NCBI GenBank assembly: GCA_018700895.1
Contig: JABIUV010000007.1
Location: forward strand, 80,154-144,153
DNA: 64,000 nt
Reading direction: 5' to 3'
From: Bacteroidota bacterium
Lineage (GTDB): Bacteria; Bacteroidota; Bacteroidia; NS11-12g; UBA9320
In this document: in pieces, positions 55,236 through 64,000 of the stretch
Layout of the letters: the number at the start of each line of letters is the position of its first letter
Numbering within the stretch: the stretch's first letter is position 1
Position numbers and translations under genes: made by a program
Notes under the pieces: generated by a model
The model's database searches: none
Told to the model about the DNA's origin: nothing
The model's input: the letters and a program-made list of their open reading frames with translations, nothing else

Positions 55236-55304
55236 ATACCGTCCCTACGGGACTCGACATCTTACTGCACTCTTGTGTTACTGATATTTAGTCCCGCTGG
55301 GACA
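55236..55304. repeat. Two direct REP-like palindromes GTCCCnnnGGGAC, 50 bp apart
   Basis: gtccctacgggac at 55241-55253 and gtcccgctgggac at 55291-55303, between convergent genes. Confidence 0.65.
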
Positions 55305-55352
55305 TTCTATCTAATTTCTTAGCTCATATTAAAGACTAACTTCTAAAAGAAC

Positions 55353-57056
55353 CTACTTCAAACTCACCGTTACCACATCTCCTTCTTTGGTTACTTGAGA
55401 GATTCCGTGTTTGGCTAGTCCTTTGAGTGCTTTGTCCCATTGCTTGTTACTCAAGTCCAATTTGGTTTTGAGCTCACCTATTTCCACAGGTCCTACTTCT
55501 AGAATTTTTTTTACTGCAGCCTCGTTTTCAGTGAGTTCTACCGTTTTTTCTACTTTTTTCTCAGGACGCATCTGCGGAAAGAATAGCACTTCTTGTATGC
55601 TGGAGTTGTTGGTTAATAGCATCACCAAGCGGTCTATCCCAATGCCAATACCCGCTGTAGGCGGCATACCATATTCTAGTGCAGTTAGGAAATCTTCGTC
55701 TATAAACATCGCCTCGTCATCACCACGCTCCATCAGCTTTACCTGCTCCTCAAAACGCTCACGCTGGTCGATAGGATCATTCAACTCACTATAACAGTTA
55801 GCTATTTCCTTACCATTTACGATAAGCTCAAATCGCTCGGTCAACTCTGGATTGTCTCTGTGCTTTTTGGTAAGTGGTGACATACTGATAGGGTAGTCCA
55901 TAATGAAGGTAGGCTGTATAAGCAGATGCTCTACTTTCTCACCAAATATCTCATCTATGAGTTTACCGCTCCCCATATTTTCATCTACATCGGCACCCAG
56001 TTCCTTAGCCGTTTTACGAAGTTCATCTTCGCTCATTTTGCTGCAGTCTATACCCGTATATTTCTCTATCGCACCAAAGATGGTTAGTCGTTCGAATGGT
56101 TTACCAAAGTCGATGGTATGCTCACCAAATACGACCTCGGTAGTTCCATTTACGTCATTGGCTATCTGCTTAAAGAGCTGCTCCGTCATATCCATCATCC
56201 ACTTGTAGTCTTTGTAAGCTACGTATAGCTCCATCTGACTAAACTCTGGATTGTGCGTACGATCCATTCCTTCGTTTCTGAAATCCTTAGCAAACTCATA
56301 CACACCTTCAAATCCTCCAACGATGAGGCGTTTTAGGTATAGCTCGTTTGCAATTCTAAGGTATAATGGAATGTCCAATGCATTGTGATGTGTGATAAAT
56401 GGACGAGCAGCTGCTCCACCGGGTATAGCCTGTAGAATAGGTGTTTCTACCTCCATGTATCCTTTGGTATTCAGGAAGTTACGCATACTCGCTACGGCCT
56501 TGGTTCGTTTTACAAATGTTTCACGTACTTGTGGATTTACGATTAAGTCTACATAGCGTTTTCTGTAACGTTGTTCGGGATCTGTAAATGCATCATACAC
56601 CTTACCATCTACCTCTTTGGGCATGGGTAGTGGGTTGAGCGATTTACTGAGTACGGTTAGTTCTTTTACATTGATAGAGAGTTCACCTGTTTGAGTACGA
56701 AATACATTTCCTTTTACTCCTATGATATCGCCTATGTCAAGTATCTTTTTAAACACATCATTATACATAGCTTTATCCTCTCCTGGGCAAAGCTCATCTC
56801 TGTTGAAATACGCCTGAATAGTTCCGTGCTCATCTTGTAACTCCGCAAAACTGGCTTTTCCCATAATACGACGACGCATCATACGTCCTGCAAACGAGAT
56901 ATCTTCAAACTTCTCTGGACTATCGTCAAACTGTTTACTAATCTCAACACTACTAAAATCCTTTGCATATACATCTGCAGGATAAGGGTTTATGCCCATA
57001 GCTCTTAGTTTATCAAGTGCTTGTCTACGTTGAATCTGTTGTTCGTTTAACTCCAT
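55353..57056 (-). CDS. lysS: Lysine--tRNA ligase (class II) with C-terminal extension
   Basis: [41 protein letters not shown]. Confidence 0.98.
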   Translation of the reverse strand: MELNEQQIQRRQALDKLRAMGINPYPADVYAKDFSSVEISKQFDDSPEKFEDISFAGRMMRRRIMGKASFAELQDEHGTIQAYFNRDELCPGEDKAMYNDVFKKILDIGDIIGVKGNVFRTQTGELSINVKELTVLSKSLNPLPMPKEVDGKVYDAFTDPEQRYRKRYVDLIVNPQVRETFVKRTKAVASMRNFLNTKGYMEVETPILQAIPGGAAARPFITHHNALDIPLYLRIANELYLKRLIVGGFEGVYEFAKDFRNEGMDRTHNPEFSQMELYVAYKDYKWMMDMTEQLFKQIANDVNGTTEVVFGEHTIDFGKPFERLTIFGAIEKYTGIDCSKMSEDELRKTAKELGADVDENMGSGKLIDEIFGEKVEHLLIQPTFIMDYPISMSPLTKKHRDNPELTERFELIVNGKEIANCYSELNDPIDQRERFEEQVKLMERGDDEAMFIDEDFLTALEYGMPPTAGIGIGIDRLVMLLTNNSSIQEVLFFPQMRPEKKVEKTVELTENEAAVKKILEVGPVEIGELKTKLDLSNKQWDKALKGLAKHGISQVTKEGDVVTVSLK

Positions 57057-57185
57057 GATTTTCGAAAATGAGTGCAAATATAATTTTTAGCACCGTCAGA
57101 TTACTGCTAATTATGCCCAATACGAGCAACTTAATGTGCTTTCTAGTGGTCTATTCTGTTGTAAGAAATGTATTTTTGTTTATCC

Positions 57186-60100
57186 ATGATGAGGCTTTAC
57201 AGCTTACTAATTATTTTAGGCTCAGGCCTTTCAGGTTTTGCTCAATCCGCTGAGCAAACTCCTGCCCCTCATCTTAGGACATACGAATTCATTCCCAACC
57301 ACGGGCAATGGCATCCTCTGGTCAAGCATAAGGCAGACATACCATACGGATATTTGGCCCTAGAAAGTGACGCATTACATTACAACCTTGCTAGCGTAGC
57401 CGACTATGACCGAATACGAGCATGGCAGCACGCTCATCCTGCTCAGGTCACCACCCAATCTCCTCGTATGCACAGTGTGAGAATGCGATTTTTGGGAGTG
57501 GAATATGCACCTATTTTGGAGCGAGAGAAGGTACAGCAGCATTATTACAATTATTTCATTGGTAACGATGAGTCACGATGGGCATCTGAGCTACACCCTG
57601 CTCAAAAATTAATCTATAAAAATGTGTATGCAGATATTAACTTAGAACTCCTGGGAGATCGCGGGTTAAAATATCAGTGGGTGATAATAAGACCTAATAC
57701 AGAAAAAATAACGCAAATACGCCTGTCAGTAGAAGGTGCTGACAAGGTAGCTCTCATAGACGGTCAGCTGGAAATACACACAAGTACAGGAATTATCAAA
57801 GAAGACAAACTAGTCGTATATCAGAACATAGGCGATGCGAGAGTAGAAATAAATGCCCGATATAAGCTAGAAGGAAGTGTGGTGAGTTATGAGGTATTAG
57901 GGACATACAATAACGAATACCCCTTGATCATAGACCCTGAGCTTATTTTCTCCACCTATTCTGGTTCTACTGCTGATAATTTTGGCTACACAGCTACTTA
58001 CGATAGTAAAGCAAACCTTTATGCAGGAGGAATGGTGAGCGTAATTCCCGCTAATAATGAACACTACCCTGTTACTTCGGGAGCATATGATCTTAGCTAC
58101 AATGAAGGTGACGGAGGGTTTCCGTGTGATGTATCCATATCCAAGTATGATAGTGCAGGGTCTATGTTACTTTGGGCTACCTACCTTGGGGGCGAGCAGA
58201 ATGAATATCCGCATAGTCTCGTGGTAGACCGAAATGACGAACTTGTTATTTTAGGAACTACGAGCTCTTATAACTTTCCGGTGGATACACTCGGCTATGA
58301 TACCACGATAGATGGCGGCGTAGATATATATGTGGCTAAGCTAAGCGAAGATGGCAGTTCATTAGTAGGTTCCACCTTCATAGGAGGTAGATTGGACGAT
58401 GGACTAAATCAAAACGCAGCTTTACGTGCAATGTATGCTGATGATTTTAGAGGAGATGTGATTACAGATGATGACAATAATATCTACGTAGCAACTACTA
58501 CGTTTTCTGATGATATGCCTACTGTTAATGCATTTCAAACCACCAAAGGGGTAGGGTATGATGGTTATATCTTTGAACTCTCACCAGACATCCACACACT
58601 CAAGTGGGCAACCTACCTCGGCGGTGATGGTATAGATGCATTTTACAGTATAAAACTAGACCAACAAAACAGCATATACATAGGCGGCGGTACTACTAGC
58701 AGTGACTTGCCAGCCACTGATACAGCGATAGGACCTAGTGCCCTAGGTGGAGCAGATGGAGTGCTGGCCATTATTCACAAACATACCAAGCAACTAAAAC
58801 GTCTAACCTACTGGGGAACAGCTGAGTATGACCAAATATACTTTATTGACCGCGATGTAGAAGGCAGATTATACGCAACTGGCCAAACTTCGGGGTCTAT
58901 CACCAAGAGTTCTGGTGTATATGGCGAAAGTGACAAAGGACAATTCGTTTTTAGGATAGACACTCTGTTCCAAGAGATTGATTTCATTACTACATTTGGT
59001 AATACTATTCAGACACCCAACTTGGCTCCCAGTGCATTTTTGGTAGATGTATGTGGGCATATCTACTTCTCCGGATGGGGAAGCGATATCGACGCCTCTG
59101 ATCTGACTACTTTTCCGGGTTCTACAGACAATATGGTTGTGAGTGATGATGCTGTGCAGAAAACGACGGATGGAAATGATTTTTATATCATCGTTTTCGG
59201 CAGAGATGCTCAAAATTTACTCTATGCTACCTACTTTGGTGGAGATGTAACTGGCGACCACGTAGATGGCGGAACCAGTAGATTTGACAAACGAGGTGTA
59301 ATGTATCAGAGTGTATGTGCAAGTTGCCCTCCGAGTACCGATGGACAAAGACGTGAGGTAAGTGACTTTCCCACTACGACCGGTGCAGCTTTTGAGCTCA
59401 ATCCAAGTGTAAGATGTAGTAATGCCTCTTTCAAAATAGACTTACAGATACGTGAGGCAGTAATTGCCGATTTTGTGGCGGCACCTACCGTAGGTTGTGC
59501 ACCCCACGATGTGCAGTTTACAAGTACGAGTGTACTTGGCGATTCATTTCTTTGGGATTTTGATGATGGTGTAACCACCACAGAACTTAATCCGCTTCAT
59601 ACCTTTGAGCAACCCGGAACTTATACTGTGACACTCACAGTCATAGATAGTGCAACATGTAATATTCTATCAACCTACAAGAGAACCGTAGAAGTCATAG
59701 ACCAAGGTACAGCCAATTTTGAAGCCTCGTTTAATGGATGTGATAACAAACTATCTATCGAGAATTTATCAGAACGAGCATTCAGCTATCGATGGGATTT
59801 TGGTGATGGGAATACATCTACCTCAGCCTCTCCCGTGCATCAGTATGAGGATGCAGGCAACTATACCATGCGGCTTTATATAAACGAAAATTCGCTATGT
59901 GCAGATGATCACGCTCAGTTCATAAATGTGGAGTTCAAAAGCACACCTACAATAACTTTGTACAACGTTTTTACACCCAATGGTGATGGAGTAAATGATT
60001 GCTTCATTATGGATGGAGAATTTTTGGAGTGTATAGAATATGATCTAAAGATATACAACAGGTGGGGAGAACTCGTATTCAGAACAGATAACCCAAATGA

Positions 60101-60227
60101 ATGCTGGGCGGGCAATCATTACCGCAAAAAACAAACCTTGCCGAGCTCTACGTATTATTACATACTCCATTTAGGGAAAAGTAAGGACGATCCTATCTCG
60201 GGAGTGGTGGAGTTGATAAGGGAATAG
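57186..60227 (+). CDS. Large secreted protein: SBBP-like propeller repeats, two PKD domains, T9SS type B (gliding-motility-associated) CTD
   Basis: IIDPELIFSTYSG, repeated WATYLGG, WDFDDG/WDFGDG, NVFTPNGDGVND...IYNRWGE. Confidence 0.9.
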   Translation: MMRLYSLLIILGSGLSGFAQSAEQTPAPHLRTYEFIPNHGQWHPLVKHKADIPYGYLALESDALHYNLASVADYDRIRAWQHAHPAQVTTQSPRMHSVRMRFLGVEYAPILEREKVQQHYYNYFIGNDESRWASELHPAQKLIYKNVYADINLELLGDRGLKYQWVIIRPNTEKITQIRLSVEGADKVALIDGQLEIHTSTGIIKEDKLVVYQNIGDARVEINARYKLEGSVVSYEVLGTYNNEYPLIIDPELIFSTYSGSTADNFGYTATYDSKANLYAGGMVSVIPANNEHYPVTSGAYDLSYNEGDGGFPCDVSISKYDSAGSMLLWATYLGGEQNEYPHSLVVDRNDELVILGTTSSYNFPVDTLGYDTTIDGGVDIYVAKLSEDGSSLVGSTFIGGRLDDGLNQNAALRAMYADDFRGDVITDDDNNIYVATTTFSDDMPTVNAFQTTKGVGYDGYIFELSPDIHTLKWATYLGGDGIDAFYSIKLDQQNSIYIGGGTTSSDLPATDTAIGPSALGGADGVLAIIHKHTKQLKRLTYWGTAEYDQIYFIDRDVEGRLYATGQTSGSITKSSGVYGESDKGQFVFRIDTLFQEIDFITTFGNTIQTPNLAPSAFLVDVCGHIYFSGWGSDIDASDLTTFPGSTDNMVVSDDAVQKTTDGNDFYIIVFGRDAQNLLYATYFGGDVTGDHVDGGTSRFDKRGVMYQSVCASCPPSTDGQRREVSDFPTTTGAAFELNPSVRCSNASFKIDLQIREAVIADFVAAPTVGCAPHDVQFTSTSVLGDSFLWDFDDGVTTTELNPLHTFEQPGTYTVTLTVIDSATCNILSTYKRTVEVIDQGTANFEASFNGCDNKLSIENLSERAFSYRWDFGDGNTSTSASPVHQYEDAGNYTMRLYINENSLCADDHAQFINVEFKSTPTITLYNVFTPNGDGVNDCFIMDGEFLECIEYDLKIYNRWGELVFRTDNPNECWAGNHYRKKQTLPSSTYYYILHLGKSKDDPISGVVELIRE

Positions 60228-60287
60228 TAGGTGAATTTTAATGTATGATGCGTTAAAAGCACGCTAGTCTTATCCTATTTTCGCACT

Positions 60288-61844
60288 ATGCGTTTTAATT
60301 CATTGTTACTGATGTCATTTATGTGCTTGAGCACATTTGGGCAACTCACCGAAATCACTCTAGACAATGAAAAAAATCCCAACGAACCAAGTGTATGCTT
60401 TGGTTCATCATCAGACAGTGTAATCTATGCTGCGTCTAATACGTCTAACTTTTATGTGATTGACAAACAGGATTTTACAGTCCAAAAGCTAAGGCCAACC
60501 TCCCCCCTCGGCATCTACGGAGATCCGGTACTACACTATACGGATAGTGTCTTGTACTTTACTCATTTATCTAAAACCCCAGGAAAGAAATATGGTGATT
60601 GGTTTGACAGAATAGTTGTACAACGAATAGATAGTTTACAACCTTGGAAGGAGCAATCGTATAGCGTTGGTTATAATAACAACAAGATGCAGGACAAACC
60701 TTGGCTTAGTTCAGATGATTGGTCAACTAATAAAGGAAATATCTACGTTACCTGGACCGAGTTTGATAAGTATGACAGTGATAAGTCTACAGATTTTTCC
60801 CGCATTCGGTTTTCTAGACTTACACCCGACTCAGATTCATTTAGTACAGCTATCACACTATCAGACACCGTGGGAGATTGTATAGACAGCGACAACACAC
60901 TAGAAGGAGTCACCACCGCTGTAGGTCCAGAAGGCAACATATACGCCGCTTGGGCTGGTCACGATTATATATACTTTGACAAGAGTGAAGATGGCGGAAT
61001 AACATGGGGACAGGACAAGATTATTGCAGAACAACTCAATGGTTGGGATATGGAAATGCCTAATATCATGCGAGCTAACGGGATGCCGTTTTTGGTAGCT
61101 GATCAAAAAGACAACATCCTATATGTATGCTGGGCAGACGAACGCAATGGAAATGCGGATATCTGGCTAAAATATAGCCAAGATAAAGGTAACACCTGGA
61201 GCTCCGCCATACAGCTTAATTTAGATAAAACAAATACGCACCAATATTTTCCGAATATAGCTCTAGATAAAAATTCGGGCAAAATATATGTTGCCTACTA
61301 TGACTTTAAAAGCAGTAGTACAAATACTTTTTATAGCATCTCACTGGCCACATACAAGGCAGGTGGCCAGTTACAAAATGCTCAGCTTACACCATACTTA
61401 TCTGCTTTGCCGGGCAAAAAGGTATTCTTCGGTGATTATCTGGATATGGATATAGCCAACAACCAACTTACCATCGCATACACGGGCTATGACTTAAGTC
61501 AGGAGAGTTATGTGCAACTCCTACACGAAGAGACCATAGATGATGGCATTTTCAGTAAAATCGCCATAACCAATACGGTAGCTGTGGTGCGTAACAATGA
61601 TACAGCCCGAGTCGTGATGAACATCCAGCACCCGTACACGGGCAAGGTGAAAATTCAAACGGTGAGCAGTGGTAAGAAGCAAAACTTTGTATTTACCTCT
61701 GAGTATGATGGCACCAAGACCAATTGGGACAACGCCCTAGGCAGTTTTTTGCTTGATGAAAAGACAGCCATTTCTAAAATCAAATATCGAATAAGGGACA
61801 CGGAAGTATCAAACCTTTATAAACGCTTAGTTAAGCTCAATTGA
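60288..61844 (+). CDS. Asp-box (BNR) beta-propeller protein, sialidase-like
   Basis: PNEPS, GDPV, QDKPW; Asp boxes SEDGGITWG and SQDKGNTWS; FFGDY. Confidence 0.8.
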   Translation: MRFNSLLLMSFMCLSTFGQLTEITLDNEKNPNEPSVCFGSSSDSVIYAASNTSNFYVIDKQDFTVQKLRPTSPLGIYGDPVLHYTDSVLYFTHLSKTPGKKYGDWFDRIVVQRIDSLQPWKEQSYSVGYNNNKMQDKPWLSSDDWSTNKGNIYVTWTEFDKYDSDKSTDFSRIRFSRLTPDSDSFSTAITLSDTVGDCIDSDNTLEGVTTAVGPEGNIYAAWAGHDYIYFDKSEDGGITWGQDKIIAEQLNGWDMEMPNIMRANGMPFLVADQKDNILYVCWADERNGNADIWLKYSQDKGNTWSSAIQLNLDKTNTHQYFPNIALDKNSGKIYVAYYDFKSSSTNTFYSISLATYKAGGQLQNAQLTPYLSALPGKKVFFGDYLDMDIANNQLTIAYTGYDLSQESYVQLLHEETIDDGIFSKIAITNTVAVVRNNDTARVVMNIQHPYTGKVKIQTVSSGKKQNFVFTSEYDGTKTNWDNALGSFLLDEKTAISKIKYRIRDTEVSNLYKRLVKLN

Positions 61845-61952
61845 GACCCTCATATAGACCACATTCGTAGTCACGTAGGCACACATTTTTTTACTTTGTC
61901 TTTTTACCTCAAATCAACGTAATTTGCACACTATTTTTTAAAGACGAAACGA

Positions 61953-64000
61953 ATGTCAGATAAATACAACAAAGAAGAACCAAGTCTATTACAGAAAATT
62001 CAAAACAAAACAGGTTGCCTGTTTCTGATCATAGGTTTAGGTTTATTAGCTTTTCTTTTACCAGAAATTTTTGGAGCAAAAGGAGATCTATTCAGCTCTA
62101 ACCAAAACAGTGTAGGTACCATAGGTGGTGAGTCTGTTTCATACGAAGAATTCGATAACACGTATAATGGATTGATACAACAGCTACAGGCAAACAATCC
62201 TGGAATGCCTATAGATGACAACATTACTTCGCAATATAGAAGTCAGGCGTGGAATATGTTGTTAGAGAAAAAAACAATAGAGCCACAGTACGCCGAGCTT
62301 GGCTTAGCTGTAAGTGCTGCTGAGTTAGAAGACCTTACCGTAGGAGCTAACACTCATCCTCAGATACAGCAGTCTTTCAGAAGTCCTGAGACCAATCAGT
62401 TTGACAAGCAACGTCTTGTTCAGTTTTTGAAACAAGATATAAACCAAAATCCAGAAGCAATGGAAAGTTGGTTGACATTCCAAGATCAATTTACCAATGG
62501 TCTTGTTGCTCAAAAATATCAAGACCTTGTAATGAGTTCATTCTATACTACTAGCTTAGAGGCAAGAGTGAAAGGTAAAGAGACAGACCAAACAGTAAAT
62601 GCATCTGTCGTAAGCTTACCTTACAATCAAGTTTCTGATTCGGCAATCACCATAACCGATTCTGAAATTTTAGCTTATGCAAGAGAGCACAAAGCTAAAT
62701 ATAAGAGGAAAGCAAGCAGAAACATTGATTACATAAAACTTAATGTAGTGCCATCTGCTGAGGATGCTACTGCTATGATGGAATGGGCTAATGAAACAGC
62801 AGAAAAATTTGCGACAAGTAAAGATGATTCTGCATTTGTCAGTATAATGGGAAGTGAGACTCCTTTTAATCCTAACTTCCAAGCTCGTGGTTCTTTTGAC
62901 CCAGCGATAGAAAGCAAAATATTTAGTGCAGAGACTAACAAAGTTGTTGGCCCCTTCGAAAAAGATGGCGTTTATAGTGTCTTTAAGGTTTTAGCATTTG
63001 GTACAGACTCCTTACGTTCAGTAAAGGGTAGTCATATTCAGTTTAGCGTACAAGGTGCAGATACGGCTGCTGCAGAGTCAGAAGCTAGAGAAGTACTTGC
63101 TAAAATAAAAAGCGGAGAGACTACTTTTGAGGCTGAAGCTTCTCGTAGAAACTATGACGCAAGTAGAGCTACTGGTGGCGATATGGGTTGGGTACGTGAA
63201 GAAGGACGTGCTTATCCTGAGAGACTTGTGAAGCGTCTGATGAGCTCTGGTCTAAATAACTACGTAATCACACGAAGTAGCAGAGGTGTTCACATAGCTA
63301 AAGCTACATCAGGAGTAAGTATAAAGACCGTTAAGGTTGCCATAGTAGACCAAGCAATTTTCCCAAGTTCTACTACAGATGGACAATACTATAGTAAAGC
63401 AGGAGAATTCTTAGGTAAAGCAAACAGTGACAAACCATTTGTAGAGGTAGCTGAGAGTATGGGTCTTAACAAACTTATAGCTAGCGATCTTACAGAGGAG
63501 AATCACAACGTGCCGGGAATAGAAAAGTCTAACAAAATAGCTAAGTGGCTATTTGACTCAGAAACTGAAGAAGGTGATGTATCTCAAATTATAGATGTAG
63601 ACGGAAGCTATATCGTAGCTAAAGTATCTAAAGTAACAGAAGAAGGAATACCTGCCGCTGAGGACTTGAGAAGTGAGATAGAAGGAATCTTAAAAAACAA
63701 GAAAAAAGCAGAGCAACTTGTTCCTAAATTGGAAACGGCACTGGCATCGGCTAATACGGCAGAAGAGTTAAGCAAAGCGACTAATGCTGTGATTACTCCT
63801 GTTCCTGCAGCATCGTTTAACACAGGTAATCTACCCTACATCGGGCGTGATTTAGATATCATTGGTACTATAGCCGGCACTCCAGCTGGTAAAAAATCTG
63901 GTGTAATAGAAGGTAAAACAGGTGTGTCAGTTGTATATGTAAACAACGCTAATAAGTACACTCCTGCAGATTTAGAGGCAGCCAGAGCACAATTACAAGC
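61953..64000 (+). CDS. ppiD: Peptidyl-prolyl isomerase/chaperone PpiD-like (partial, runs off the right edge)
   Basis: Absent from the ORF track; manual translation gives MSDKYNKEEPSLLQKIQNKTGCLFLIIGLGLLAF (TM), SurA-N-like region, parvulin motifs GSHI and GGDMGW. Confidence 0.85.
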   Translation, partial: MSDKYNKEEPSLLQKIQNKTGCLFLIIGLGLLAFLLPEIFGAKGDLFSSNQNSVGTIGGESVSYEEFDNTYNGLIQQLQANNPGMPIDDNITSQYRSQAWNMLLEKKTIEPQYAELGLAVSAAELEDLTVGANTHPQIQQSFRSPETNQFDKQRLVQFLKQDINQNPEAMESWLTFQDQFTNGLVAQKYQDLVMSSFYTTSLEARVKGKETDQTVNASVVSLPYNQVSDSAITITDSEILAYAREHKAKYKRKASRNIDYIKLNVVPSAEDATAMMEWANETAEKFATSKDDSAFVSIMGSETPFNPNFQARGSFDPAIESKIFSAETNKVVGPFEKDGVYSVFKVLAFGTDSLRSVKGSHIQFSVQGADTAAAESEAREVLAKIKSGETTFEAEASRRNYDASRATGGDMGWVREEGRAYPERLVKRLMSSGLNNYVITRSSRGVHIAKATSGVSIKTVKVAIVDQAIFPSSTTDGQYYSKAGEFLGKANSDKPFVEVAESMGLNKLIASDLTEENHNVPGIEKSNKIAKWLFDSETEEGDVSQIIDVDGSYIVAKVSKVTEEGIPAAEDLRSEIEGILKNKKKAEQLVPKLETALASANTAEELSKATNAVITPVPAASFNTGNLPYIGRDLDIIGTIAGTPAGKKSGVIEGKTGVSVVYVNNANKYTPADLEAARAQLQ

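Overview
Chromosomal window from a Bacteroidota genome (~40% GC by eye; TAnnTTTG -7 promoters; T9SS type A/B C-terminal domains; several TonB-dependent receptors). Most of it is housekeeping: pccB-like carboxyltransferase, two different YebC paralogues, tsaB, uvrB, serS, lpdA, katG, folK, accA, tRNA-Asp, ugd, waaA, lysS and a partial ppiD. The best candidate for an undescribed system is a tightly coupled four-gene surface operon at 7918-16533. It encodes a secreted protein with a variant T9SS-like tail, a T9SS-secreted protein with two ExeM/YhcR-like OB-fold modules but no visible nuclease domain, a lipoprotein, and a TonB-dependent receptor with no SusD, possibly for capturing extracellular nucleic acid. 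Other points: a candidate orphan sRNA (33380-33590); a pseudo-tRNA with an intact but changed anticodon arm next to tRNA-Asp; three kinds of small palindromic repeats; a lipoprotein-type KatG next to an apparently 5'-truncated gene; apparently leaderless transcription; and several genes broken by single lesions (SNF2 helicase, UDP-glucuronate decarboxylase, DinB-family protein, antitoxin-like gene). No CRISPR array, integrase or transposase was seen. All family assignments come from motif recognition, not database searches.
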